A DNA stretch of 63,336 nucleotides, counting the filler, from Globobulimina sp. (lineage: Eukaryota), in the NCBI GenBank assembly GCA_003354225.1. It is 32 parts of 32 records of this genome, joined end to end, with 100 filler letters (N's around TTAATTAATTAA, not from the genome) between each part and the next. Parts side by side here need not be neighbours in the genome. Positions count along the whole stretch, not along the records: positions 49,572 to 51,452 come from PIVH01010946.1; positions 51,553 to 53,433 come from PIVH01010947.1; positions 53,534 to 55,414 come from PIVH01010948.1; positions 55,515 to 57,395 come from PIVH01010949.1; positions 57,496 to 59,376 come from PIVH01010950.1; positions 59,477 to 61,356 come from PIVH01010951.1; 26 more parts are not named here. One strand, written 5' to 3'. A program made the translations under genes and the position numbers. Below are positions 49,472 to 61,456 of the stretch, one piece after another. Within the stretch, counting starts at the first letter, position 1, and each line of letters begins with the position of its first letter. A model generated the notes under the pieces. That model ran no database searches. It saw only the letters and a list, made by a program, of their open reading frames with translations, and was not told where the DNA came from.

Positions 49472-50047
49472 NNNNNNNNNNNNNNNNNNNNNNNNNNNNN
49501 NNNNNNNNNNNNNNNTTAATTAATTAANNNNNNNNNNNNNNNNNNNNNNNNNNNNNNNNNNNNNNNNNNNNATGAAATTATTAAATATACACAATATGAG
49601 AGTGTTGATTGCATGCATATTCAACATCTAGTCGATAGAATCGGGTATATTTAAAATATAGCCGAGAATTATCCTCAGAGACATCATTATGTAAACTTCA
49701 TTTAATATTTAAACTTCAGTCAAGATTTCCCTATGAAAACCTTTCAAAGTGACAAAGTTAAATTTAACGGATATGCCATAATTAACTCTCTAAAAACTAT
49801 CCTGTCAGGGTTCATCATTTGAATTTAGTGTTTTGAAGAAGAACATGAATATGACGCACCAATCAGTTCATTCATTTGTGTATTATTGCATGAACAATTT
49901 GCATTCTCATCGTTTAATAGTTCACAATTTCCCACAAAAACATATATATTGCTGTGCAATGTTAGAAAACGTTCTGACTTCTGATTTGGAATCGGATTTT
50001 ACAGAATAACCCGATTGAATTATGTCACATTAATTGCGATTTTTAGT

Positions 50048-51452
50048 TCAAGCTAAATTTCTGTCTAACCAATAGTTAACAGCACTTGGTACATCCAAAA
50101 ATACGTTTTTATTCAAAATAACAACATCATCTGACTTCTTATACTCCAAAATATAACTCCGTTTCAAAATTGTTTTAACTTTGTATTTAATGTCAGTTAA
50201 CAAAATAGTTATTTTATCACAATATCTCCTTTTTAATTCATTGAAAAATACTTTTAACAAATCTGACGCAGAAACATCGATATCATTAATTCCCGCGAAA
50301 CATAATAATAAACACCACTGCTCGCAATCGGATTTAATATGATTTATCCTTAGAAATTGCTCAATCTCTTTGTTTACGTTTGTTTTAAATATCTCTACAT
50401 TTCCAAAGAATAAATTCTCATCAAATCTAATTATCAGCATATCCTTAATTTGTTGTGCTGCGCATTCTTTTTTCATATCAACAAAAGTATTGCTGTCTGG
50501 CATTCTGCCCAAAATAACAAATGACGGATTCGATGCCGATTCAACAAATGCTACAATCGACACAATGACACCAACAGCAATTCCCATTTCAATATCTAAC
50601 AACAATGTAGATATCAAAGTAATTAACATTACAAAAAAGTCCTTTTTTTTGATATTCCACAATCGTATCATGCCTTTAATATCAAATAATTTCATCACAG
50701 CAACCACAACAATGACAGCCAAACAACATTTCGGTAAAAAGAAGAATAACGGCAAAAAGAATAAAATTGAAATTGCGATGAGTATGCCAGTAAACAATGA
50801 ATACAAAGGTGTCTGCGAGCCGACATTCTCCGCAACTGCACTTCTAGAAAAACTTCCCGCTGCTACAAATCCAGTGAACCATGACGCGAACATGTTGCAT
50901 GATCCTATGGCAATTAATTCTGTGTAGCAATTGATTCTAAATATTAAACACATTTTTTTAATGCATAAAAGTGAAAAACTTAACCTTGCGATGCATCAAT
51001 TGTATATGCTCGGAGATCTGCGCATTTTTTTGCCATTGAATAACTTTGTATAAATCCAACAAGTGATATTAATAAAGACGAAGGAAATAAATTAATGAAC
51101 GCAGTGATTGTGACATGGCTCAGAAAATTGGTCGGCATTGGAATTCCTGAACGTAAACAACCAATGATATTAAATCTATATCTTTCTCGCGTAAAATACG
51201 ACACCATGGTACCACAAACAACTATTAATAATGCGCCAGGAAATAATTTAATAGCTTTATATTTAGATTTTAAATGTTTGACTATTAATAATATTGCGAT
51301 ACACGTTGCTGATAAGACAAGTGTTGGTTTGTGTACTTTTGAAATGTTTCTGATTAAATCAAACAACATAGTAATAAATGGTCCTTCTGCAATGGGTACA
51401 TTCAGTAAAGCTTTCATCTGACTCATTGCTGCAATTTTAGATTAAAAATGCA
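50048..51452 (-). CDS. SulP/SLC26 anion transporter with STAS domain (5' truncated, one intron)
   Basis: ELIAIG..N, GSFSRSAV...G..TPL, ILGR.P, IIRFDENLFFGN, INDIDVSA. Confidence 0.93.
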
Positions 51453-51631
51453 NNNNNNNNNNNNNNNNNNNNNNNNNNNNNNNNNNNNNNNNNNNNTTAA
51501 TTAATTAANNNNNNNNNNNNNNNNNNNNNNNNNNNNNNNNNNNNNNNNNNNNTTAACAAGACAAAACCGTTGCGTCCTTGCACCTGACCCTGCCATTGCA
51601 TAAAAGTAAAGTCTGGTTTTAAAGATGGAAA

Positions 51632-53392
51632 TTATTTTTGCATATTTTTTAATGGCCAATATGACGGAACAAACTGTGGTTTCATAGTATCAGCAAAATT
51701 TTTCCTCCACATCTCTATAAATTCTCTTTCATTCTTTTTATATTCATTCAATAATTCCTTTGCATGCAATTGAATTTGTTCCTTACCATCTTTTAAAACT
51801 TCCCTCATACAAAATTTAAATATTTGTTTTGAACTCAGATTATCACTTTTTTGTTCACTATCTCTGTTAATATCAATTTTATAATCTGTAATATTCAATA
51901 TTTCCTCATAATGTATCTTTTCATCCATGTCTATGTTTGGATGGTAAACCAAATTAAAATAACCAGCAACATCTTTAACTAATTCTAACTTTCTTTTGAA
52001 TGGTATTGTTAAATGAGATTTATGTAATGCATTTGCTGCGTTTTGTGCTTTTTTATATTTTGGAATATTTTTAAGTAATTGTGGATGTACTGTGATCTTT
52101 GGATATTTATTACAAAAATATGAAATATAATAAATTTTTAATTGTTTTGCTTTGGATAAACAGTTATTTTCTGATTTATGACATAAAGGTATCATATTTC
52201 CATATAAACATTTTTGTTGAATCTCTTCACTTTTTAAACATTTCCAATAACAATCATCAAATATATTAAATCTATTTATTTCAATTTTATTTTCATCATT
52301 TCCTTGAATACCACAAACAAAACATATATTATCACATGAAACTTCATCATTTGATTCATTTCCCTCATCATCATCATCAAATGTTAATTTGCAACTTGTA
52401 TCATCAATATTTTTGGCCAAGTTATTCATTAAAAACCATTCAAATCGAAATTTACCACAATAAAATAATATTGAACCATCTAATTTTAATATTTTATATC
52501 GAACCGCTTGTTTGTATTCATTTTGTTTTCTTTTAACTCTTTCTGCTTTCAATCTATTTGCAATATTTTGTTTCTTTATAGATTGTATATCATTTTGTGT
52601 TTTCTGTTTTTTTTCCTTTTTTTTTAAAGGCAATGCATCGATAAAATTCTTGCATTGTTCAATATATTCATTACAATCAATTAAACCATGTATGTTATTC
52701 ATTATTTTTATAAATATGTTACAAGCAACTAACGCATCATCAGCAGCATAATGTATCTGTTCCATACTTAAATCTTTAAATGTATTCCAATGACTTAATG
52801 TTATTGCTTTTTTCTTATATTTCATACTTTTACCGTGTGATAATTGATATAATTGTTTTAAACCTTTTCTTCCCTCAGAGCTCGAATCGTAACATGCATA
52901 AATATCATTTAACTCAATAATACCAACTGTTTTTATATCAAAATCTCTATATATTTTACTAGCGTCGTCATGTATACCCACTCCACATTTTAATATGTTG
53001 CTATTTTGTAATAATAATTTTAATGCATCGGGTATCAAATAATTCATCTTATTTAAGCGTATTAATATTATATGTTTATCTGTGGCTAATTGCAATAAAC
53101 CGATTTTATAAGCTTTCTTATCAAATTGCTGCATTGCCGGAGTCCATTCAGCATCTAAACCAACAATAAATGAATTATAATTTCCTTTGGCATTACGAAT
53201 AAATTTGTTTATTACTCTATCACATGATATTGTATCACGTACGATTTGAACCGATACTTGTTCGTGTTCCTCTACGCGAGTTGTGTCTGGTTTAGGACGT
53301 AACCAAAATAGAACCAAAATAGTTACAATTACAATGATGACTGCCTCAACAACATGACTTGACAACACGTCAAACTGCGGCATTTGATTCAA
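51632..53392 (-). CDS. EXD2-like membrane-anchored 3'-5' exonuclease
   Basis: N-terminal TM segment; VGLDAEW (ExoI), LLQLAT, KCGVGIHDD (ExoII), SHW...QIHYAADDA (ExoIII); C-terminal CFVCG...PLC..C and FIEMWRKNFADTMKPQFVP, as in EXD2. Confidence 0.87.
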   Translation of the reverse strand: MNQMPQFDVLSSHVVEAVIIVIVTILVLFWLRPKPDTTRVEEHEQVSVQIVRDTISCDRVINKFIRNAKGNYNSFIVGLDAEWTPAMQQFDKKAYKIGLLQLATDKHIILIRLNKMNYLIPDALKLLLQNSNILKCGVGIHDDASKIYRDFDIKTVGIIELNDIYACYDSSSEGRKGLKQLYQLSHGKSMKYKKKAITLSHWNTFKDLSMEQIHYAADDALVACNIFIKIMNNIHGLIDCNEYIEQCKNFIDALPLKKKEKKQKTQNDIQSIKKQNIANRLKAERVKRKQNEYKQAVRYKILKLDGSILFYCGKFRFEWFLMNNLAKNIDDTSCKLTFDDDDEGNESNDEVSCDNICFVCGIQGNDENKIEINRFNIFDDCYWKCLKSEEIQQKCLYGNMIPLCHKSENNCLSKAKQLKIYYISYFCNKYPKITVHPQLLKNIPKYKKAQNAANALHKSHLTIPFKRKLELVKDVAGYFNLVYHPNIDMDEKIHYEEILNITDYKIDINRDSEQKSDNLSSKQIFKFCMREVLKDGKEQIQLHAKELLNEYKKNEREFIEMWRKNFADTMKPQFVPSYWPLKNMQK

Positions 53393-53533
53393 ATGTTTTT
53401 TAAAAATGTTAGAGGTCCGGCCGTCATGCCTCCNNNNNNNNNNNNNNNNNNNNNNNNNNNNNNNNNNNNNNNNNNNNTTAATTAATTAANNNNNNNNNNN
53501 NNNNNNNNNNNNNNNNNNNNNNNNNNNNNNNNN

Positions 53534-55028
53534 CAACTATTTTCTGATTTTCCTCTGCAAAATATATCTCTTTTTCAATTTCTTGCTTTCTGATCAAATA
53601 CATCATATTTTCCATTTCTTCGATGGTCGGCATTTTTGTGTTCAAATAAAAATATTCAAACAAATGACTGATAAATATATGTTTGTGCTGCATATCATTA
53701 ATATGAACGGTGTCAGGAACAGGAAATGCATCATCAAAATACAATAACTCCCATTGATAATGTGTCAAATCACTGTCACAGTATTTTGCAACAATACTTA
53801 TCATCAAACAATTATTAAAACCGTTTTTTTGTATAAAATCTAGAAATTTATTGCCTAACTCTCTGTGGTTACATTTATAATATGTATCAAACAGTGCATT
53901 CATTGCATACCAACATTCTCTAAATTTAGGACTCTTTTTGTCGATTTTTTTTGTTTTCCGGCTTGTTTTTTGCTGTTTTTTATACATATCTTTAATTTCC
54001 ACGGATAATATAAATGATAAATCGCTATGCGTCGAATTTAATAACCACTCAATGTCCATAGCAACTAATTTTATTTCACAACTTGATTTCTGATAACTTA
54101 ATTTAAACATATTTCGGTACTCAGGATGTCCCATTCTCACTGTAAATAATATGGAAAGCTCTTCAATATCCAATGGTAATTGCAATAAACGACAGGAAAT
54201 AATAATTTCTCCTTTTCTCGATTCAATGGCAAAACAAAACATATTATCCAATGTATTATCGCTGATAAATAATGTGTTATGATTACATATTCTGATTTTA
54301 TTCAATATCTCTTCGATTTCATTCCATTTCCATGCGTATGTTGTTAGTGATTGAATATTGAAATTTGTGATTGTGTCATATATCGTATTATTATTGAAAC
54401 GTATTTGTAAAATATTAATTTGTGCATTAAATTGCAACTTATTATATTGTTTGCATTGTTTATTGGTCAATGCCCAAATCCATCCGCCCGAATCCCCAAT
54501 TTCTTTAAATAATTTTGTGTGTTTATATTTAGTGACGGTCTCAATACAAAACAAATTAATATAAACAACAATGGCTTTGATATTTGTTGGCATTTTGATT
54601 AATTCAATAAAAAATTGTACAAAACCGTTATTTATTTGAGATAATCCGTTTGGATATAAATGCATTCGAAATTCGAAATCATTCAGTTTCATTCGTTTGT
54701 TTTTAGCATTATTTCCAGACATTGTATTGCAAAATTTTGCAATATTTTTAATAATTACTTGTTTTGAGGTTGAATATTTATTGATAAGTGATAATAAATG
54801 CGGCGGTATTTCAATAAAATCATATGCATCGAAATTATCAACCAAATTAGTGTGGTGATTAAAAATAAAATCAATTAATTGCGTTTTATTTATTTTACCA
54901 ATTTCTGTCCATTGTCGAGCAATCGTTGCATATGTTTGGCTGTTGTTTGGCACTAATAATCTTGACACTAACTTCTCCAGTTTCATTTTTTGCAATGTTT
55001 TAATTGTTCTTTTGCGTTGTGCTCCCAT
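53534..55028 (-). CDS. MATH/TRAF-like domain protein (3' truncated)
   Basis: FRMHLYPNG....GFVQFFIEL...GW resembles a MATH domain; a second degenerate copy follows. Confidence 0.6.
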
Positions 55029-55627
55029 GGTAGTGATGGTGCGTGTAACTGAAGTGAAGGAAGTGTTTTTACTTTGAAATAATGTGAAGTCTACTTCAAT
55101 GGTTAAACAACAACACCAGTTCAACTGCAGCAATAACAGTTATTTATGTTCTATCATTATGAGTTCCTACAAAAAACTCATTTAATTTGTACAGTAAAAA
55201 ATTTCAAATAATAAAGAATGCAACATGTCATGGGTGTTGTATGTCGTATTGCGACAATTTCAAGCAAATGTACATAGAGAAAGAACTGAACATAGCCACG
55301 AAAGGAAACAAAATGGCGAATCTGGTCAGGTTTGTTAAGACGTCGAGTTTAACCAAAAAGTTATCCAATAAGCTAATCAATGACATGTCGGCGATTTGGC
55401 GCAGCGAAATCAAGNNNNNNNNNNNNNNNNNNNNNNNNNNNNNNNNNNNNNNNNNNNNTTAATTAATTAANNNNNNNNNNNNNNNNNNNNNNNNNNNNNN
55501 NNNNNNNNNNNNNNCAAGCAATCCTCTTAGACATAAGTAGACTTGAAATGTAACGGTCTCGAAAAAAACTTAGTTGAGCATAGTCTAATGTTTTGGGCTC
55601 TTAGTAAAACGTTACTGTGATCTAGTC

Positions 55628-57195
55628 ATGTCACTGGAAGAAATTATTTATGAAGGTCCAATGTGGAAGCAAAGTTAAAATAAAACCAAATTGTAACATA
55701 ATTATTGCAATGTAATAACATTTCTGCCAGGTTATTGGGTCAAGAATTGGAGAAAGAGATGGTGTATTTTGACCGCATCGGGCCACTTACATTGTTTTAA
55801 AGAGCAAAATGAATATAAAGACAAAACGGAATCCTTTCAGTTGGTACAATATGGATCAAACGAAGCATTCTCTGAAAACAATTTAATAAAAAACGCAGAA
55901 AATGAGATTATATTTGAAATAATAAATCCATCACAAAAAACATCCAGAAAGTTCAAGATCGATAACAAAGAATACATGTTATTTTATGCCAAAATCCAAA
56001 ACATTATCAAACCACCAATCGAAGAAAATAAATATGATGAGATCAATGAACAGCAATCGCAACAATTGGCAGCTGTTAGCTCCATGAAAATACCACGGTC
56101 ACTCATCTGTGGCTATATTCGTTTTCATATTGCAATTATTCAAATTGCGCCAGAAACAATTATCGAATTGGTTTATAAATATGCGAATGCGCTAAAAAGA
56201 GGATCAGCAATGGCTGTATTGTTTAAACGCAGTGGATTGCAATTTGTATCGATGCATATCAACAACGACAATAATCCACAATGTGTAGACATAGAAATAA
56301 ATAGCATTTCATGTCATAACTGTCAATATTTTAAGAAATGGAATTTTTCAAACAACGAAATAAAAGAATTGCAATCGAAATATCAACAAACAACCTATAT
56401 TGCCAATGTTAAAAGTAAAAAATTGCCAAAATTATTTTGTTCGCATGCGTTATTTCTCGAATTGTTTGCGAATAATAATAATAATTTATCCGCTTTTTTA
56501 ACATCTTATTTTTCATTTATTATCTTTGACGCATTGCAATTGAAAACAGCAATGAATGGAAACAAAAATAAGAATAAAAATATAAAACTCTCAGGCATTG
56601 AATTCAAACTTCCAAACATAGAGAATAATTATGCAGAATTGAAATATTTTAAGATGGATTTTTCAGGCAAACACGGCTTGTTTGCGTATAAAGATAATGA
56701 TATTTATAAATTGGATATAAATAAATGTTTAACATTTGAGGATTTATTATGGCAAAAACTTATAAATTTCCCAATGGAGATATCGATCACTTCCATGTGT
56801 TGGTTAACAGAAAATAAATTATTTTTATGCGGTCAATCGGCGGTGATTATGGATATAAAAAAAGGAAAATATCATCAATTAAATAATCGATCATTGGATG
56901 AATTTATATTGTTTCCATCCGGCGTTAGATATAATTTCCTCAACAATTATGTTTTTGTAATTGGTGGTTCTCATGGAAATAAGGCACAATTTTATGATAT
57001 TGCGCAATCAAAATGGTTTTCATTAAAAAAAACAAATTATTCACATAATGGACAAACTTTTGCACCAAACATTTGGTTTGATTATTATCATCCGTATGTA
57101 TTATATGTTTGTTCATATTATGAGAATGAAATATTGATTGAAAAACTTGACACAAGAAATATGCGAAATAAATGGATTTCTTTTCGCAATCTACA
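55628..57195 (+). CDS. PH domain + Kelch/beta-propeller-like protein (intron 55674-55730); 3' end replaced by bacterial DNA
   Basis: [30 protein letters not shown] (PH); VFVIGG...FYDIAQSKW (Kelch). Confidence 0.7.
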
Positions 57196-57395
57196 TCTTG
57201 AACAATATCTACATACATCTGCTCTACTTCAGTGCCCGACATTCCGGGATTGGTGGGGATGTAGTAGGTGTTCAATTCCAGGGCATCGACTCCGGCCTCT
57301 TCAATTTTTTTGGCGTACTCAAGCCAGCCCCCGGTGGAGACTCCATTAAGACTGCCAATAATGGGAATATCTACCGCTTTTTTGGCTTGTCCAAT
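57192..57395 (-). CDS. Bacterial dihydroorotate-dehydrogenase-like flavoprotein fragment (chimeric end)
   Basis: [58 protein letters not shown]. Confidence 0.85.
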
Positions 57396-57495
57396 NNNNN
57401 NNNNNNNNNNNNNNNNNNNNNNNNNNNNNNNNNNNNNNNTTAATTAATTAANNNNNNNNNNNNNNNNNNNNNNNNNNNNNNNNNNNNNNNNNNNN

Positions 57496-58906
57496 ATGAT
57501 AAACTTGTTTCTGATATGATATTACTGATTCATTTAATTTACCATTCAAAAAATATTCATATCTGATCAATAAACTGGTAATTCTCCGCAAATAATCACA
57601 TTTTTCTAATTTACAACCATTTTGTAAATAACATAATTCGCATAGATCAAAATTGCAAAGTTCACATACGAACCTCAGACAATTATGTTTGATGACTTCG
57701 TTGCATTTATCACATTTACACCTCCATTTATCTCTTTTTGTATCCATTATTTTTTGTGTCAAGAAATGTGAATGAGGCAATTGCAACGATAATTTAGGTA
57801 AACCGAAGAACTCTTTTACATCAGCAAGCATTTTATCATCATCCGCAATGTTACAAATATTAGAATCTCTGCTATCAACTACATCAATATCATGTATCAC
57901 GGCCTCTGAATCATATTCATTGTCATACAGAAACTGAAATAAATTAATCAGCCGTTCATCACTAAGCACTGCATTAACTAATAGATAATCATACATCTTC
58001 GCCAATGATTTTCCTTGGATAAGCTTATTGTAATCCGTTTTTGATGGAGTTGCGGATAATAATTTTGTTTTTGGGGAAAGCATATGCATTGAATTGGGTC
58101 GTTTCGCAGATATAACTTCTGTGTGTAATGTTATTTGAAAAACAAATAAGAGGAACGGATAATATATTAATAAATGTAAATAAGAGCATCACAGAACTTG
58201 TTTTATCCACTCTTTCCTTGCATATCTGGTATGCTTCAGCATTTTTAGTTGAATTATATGAGTGTGGAATATTTGGTGAATTTGCATAAACACCCGATCT
58301 TTTCCCGGCCGTTGCAAGATTTATTGTTAATAATTCTGATTTTTCTGCCATTTCTGGCGTCGCATTAATTTGGTTTTTAAATCGTTCTTGTATTTCAATG
58401 CCGAAATTAATGCCATTTATAAATGTCTTCTCCGTATTGTCTTGATTAGAGTCAATAAACAACGCTAAATAGCGAAGGTTGTGTAATTTTCTACTGTTCC
58501 TTTTCTGTGATAACTTTGTTGTATGACCTCCTGCAAGTTTTTTTTTTTTGCATTTTACAGAGAAAATGGGTTTAATTTGTTTAATGTCATCAAAGGAGAG
58601 CTTCATATTCTGAATGTTATATAGTTTGATCGTATTCGCTGCTGATATATTCTTTGCAACATGAAGCATGTCACAATAAATTGTAATGGATTTTAAATCA
58701 ACCACAGGTTCAAACTGCACGAAAATTAACAATTCATGATCCACATCCGATTGAATATATTTTAAACAACTCCAATCAGATGGGTTTTGAAATAATCCTT
58801 TATTTGACATGGTGGAATGTTCTTCATCATAATTTTTGATATCATATGATTTGATGTATTTTGGTATATTGATTGCCGGCGGCTCAGTGGCCTGCACGTT
58901 ACCCAT
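57496..58906 (-). CDS. PITH-domain + ZZ-type zinc finger protein (one intron, 3' truncated)
   Basis: MG N-terminus; YIQSDVDHELLIFVQF..VDLKSI...LFIDSNQDNTEKT (PITH); CDKC...RFVCELCNFDLCELC (ZZ). Confidence 0.75.
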
Positions 58907-59035
58907 TTGAGAAAAAAAACAGTTGGGTCAAATGTTTAATCGAATAAAGACAAGTAGAAAAACTGTGCATGCGAATAACTGCGAATTATTAAACCACTCA
59001 AACTAGTTTAAATTTTTTTTTTAAATTAAAGTCAA

Positions 59036-59320
59036 TTATTTGGACATCAATTTAATACTTGTTTGTGGTGCTTTTTGTAAATGAAGGAACGCCCCATGTA
59101 CAATCCGTCTCAATACCCAAGTTATTTGAGCCCATTTGAATCCTGAAAATCCCTCTTCGCTCCAGTAGGTTCCCCATGAATTCCTACCAATCCAATATTG
59201 TTGACCATCATCGGTAACACCCCAGCCCAATACACTAATCTCATGATTTATACTCGTTATGTTCAACACTTCAGAGTACACACCGCCGGCATATTGATCA
59301 AATTTTGCAGTGGCATCCAA
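59036..59320 (-). pseudogene. Cathepsin Z/X-like cysteine protease C-terminal fragment with frameshift
   Basis: INHEISVLGWG...YWIGRNSWGTYW.E.G, then a 1-nt shift restores FRIQMGSNNLGIETDCTWGVP. Upstream part is absent. Confidence 0.75.
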
Positions 59321-59476
59321 ATCAGTTTTTTTTAGCTTGTCACGCCTTGCATGTCTTCTACTTTGTTTGATTGGAGNNNNNNNNNNNNNNNNNNNNNNNN
59401 NNNNNNNNNNNNNNNNNNNNTTAATTAATTAANNNNNNNNNNNNNNNNNNNNNNNNNNNNNNNNNNNNNNNNNNNN

Positions 59477-59807
59477 GTATAACATATATAACAGAAACGA
59501 TTCAGTTTGCTAGCGGTAATAAGCAGTGCAAAGGGAGCAAAAAATATATATTTAAATCGATATGAGCGACAAATAAATATTAATTCAATTAGCTATAGCT
59601 ATATATATGGTGATAATACATTATATATTGAATAACCATTGAATGTGTACCATCACAATCGATAATTATCAGAAGCCAGCGGGAAATCAATTTGTTTTTT
59701 GCGCCGTGTTGATGGATAATGAAACACACAATGTATTAAATATATAATCACTTTGCACTGCTTATTACCGCTAGCAAACTGAATCGTTTCTGTTATATAT
59801 GTTATAC
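59477..59807. repeat. Perfect 57-bp inverted repeat (59477-59533 / 59751-59807), possible MITE
   Basis: gtataacatatataacagaaacgattcagtttgctagcggtaataagcagtgcaaag and its exact reverse complement flank a 217-bp non-coding core. Confidence 0.85.
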
Positions 59808-60016
59808 TTTTGTTCTGACAGCCCGCAAACAAACAGAGTCATTTCAAAAAGGTAACGTTTTTACGAAAAGAGCCACGTCAACTTATTATCTTTTGAATTT
59901 TTTCAAAAAGAAAATGACTAAACATCAAATGTTTTTTAATTTTGTAAATGCTATCGGATTTTTACTGAATAAGAAACACTTTAAAAATTAGTATAGGATA
60001 GTATAGGTCAAGTGAA

Positions 60017-60811
60017 TTAATTCCGGAGACGTCTAAAATCACCTGAATAATCACATATTTCTCTCCAACCATCACACCGTGCAAAACCAAATTTAGTTTT
60101 CAGCGCTGCCACTTGTTTATTATAACTTGGTCCCAAATCAATATATCTCAACGTTTCTTCATTTATCACATAGTTCACCGCATATTTTAATGCATGAAAC
60201 CAAATCGAAGATTTACAATATTTACTCTTTTGATAAAACCACATGACTCGATACACATTTCCTTTCCCGATTGGTTGTTGAAATGCAATTAATTCGTTTC
60301 CAGAATAATATTCAATCAGACATCCAACCGTAAGGTTTACGGCAACACTCCGACCCAATGTTTTTAAAATTAGTTTAAATATATTTCCTTCATTCCTTGC
60401 TTGATGTTCATATATAACTTTTAAATGATTCAATGTAAATTTCCAGCAGTCTTCATTTTTTATCATAAATATGATTGAATTTTTTTTAAATTTCTTGTCA
60501 CAACTTTTTATGCTGGTTTTTGCACTCCGCCCTAATGATTGAATATAAGCATTTATATCTTTATATTTATGCGTGTCAATAATTGAATGAGGTTTTGGTT
60601 TCTTTTGTGTTGCTCGATTTTTTAATCCTAATGGACCATATGATAGATTCAGACGTGTACTTTTCCATTTTTGTTGTACTGATGTGGCATTCCACAGATA
60701 CGGGAGCAAGAATATTGCTGCAAATATGCAACTCCAAAATGTCGCAAATACTCCTCCCATAATCATTAAAAGCTTGACAAACATTGAAAATGAGTATGAT
60801 TTGATTGTCAA
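60017..60811 (-). CDS. Membrane-anchored GNAT/FemAB-like acyltransferase
   Basis: N-terminal TM segment; YIQSLGRSAKTSIK...LIAF...IWFHALKYA...RYIDLGPS...KTKFG. Confidence 0.55.
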   Translation of the reverse strand: MTIKSYSFSMFVKLLMIMGGVFATFWSCIFAAIFLLPYLWNATSVQQKWKSTRLNLSYGPLGLKNRATQKKPKPHSIIDTHKYKDINAYIQSLGRSAKTSIKSCDKKFKKNSIIFMIKNEDCWKFTLNHLKVIYEHQARNEGNIFKLILKTLGRSVAVNLTVGCLIEYYSGNELIAFQQPIGKGNVYRVMWFYQKSKYCKSSIWFHALKYAVNYVINEETLRYIDLGPSYNKQVAALKTKFGFARCDGWREICDYSGDFRRLRN

Positions 60812-61456
60812 CCAAAGACTGTAGACTGTTCTGTTTTTAAGTACTTAAACAAATAAATGTTGTTTATTGCGTTTATACTTTATCATTTATTGCAAGGATA
60901 TTCTTGTTTATTGAACTTCATAAATACCAAACACAAAGCAAATTGGATAAATAAACAGAAAAACAATTAAAAATTAAATGATGCCAACTAGCATTCACAC
61001 AAAAGCTTATAACTTATACAATATTCATTAATGAATTTGCATAATTTGAGCGGGTTAATTTCTTTCATCAAAAAAAAAATTTGCATTCGCATTCAAACTA
61101 TCCCAATATTCCAATATTGCCCCATTCATTCTTATCAATTGCTCGATATTGCCGATCATATATCGATATTATTACCAATTTCACATCAAAACAAACGGAT
61201 TGTTTTCCGACAATATCAGATAACATAAGTCCAGTTGCAACATCCTCAAATCCATCGTTATTATTATTGATTACTTGTGATATAACACCGTCATTTATGT
61301 CATTATCAATTATTATCTCTGCGTCAAGCGACCAAATATCGCATGGAAACTGCATANNNNNNNNNNNNNNNNNNNNNNNNNNNNNNNNNNNNNNNNNNNN
61401 TTAATTAATTAANNNNNNNNNNNNNNNNNNNNNNNNNNNNNNNNNNNNNNNNNNNN

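Noticed and set aside
57195-57349. C-terminal extension of the 526-aa ORF (…[17 protein letters not shown]…)
   Set aside because: Antisense reading of a fused bacterial gene fragment.
1885-61456. Regularly spaced TTAATTAATTAA motif resembling a repeat array or CRISPR
   Set aside because: Always flanked by exactly 44 N on each side: an artificial six-frame-stop spacer. ORF-track endings in X...LIN are artefacts of it.
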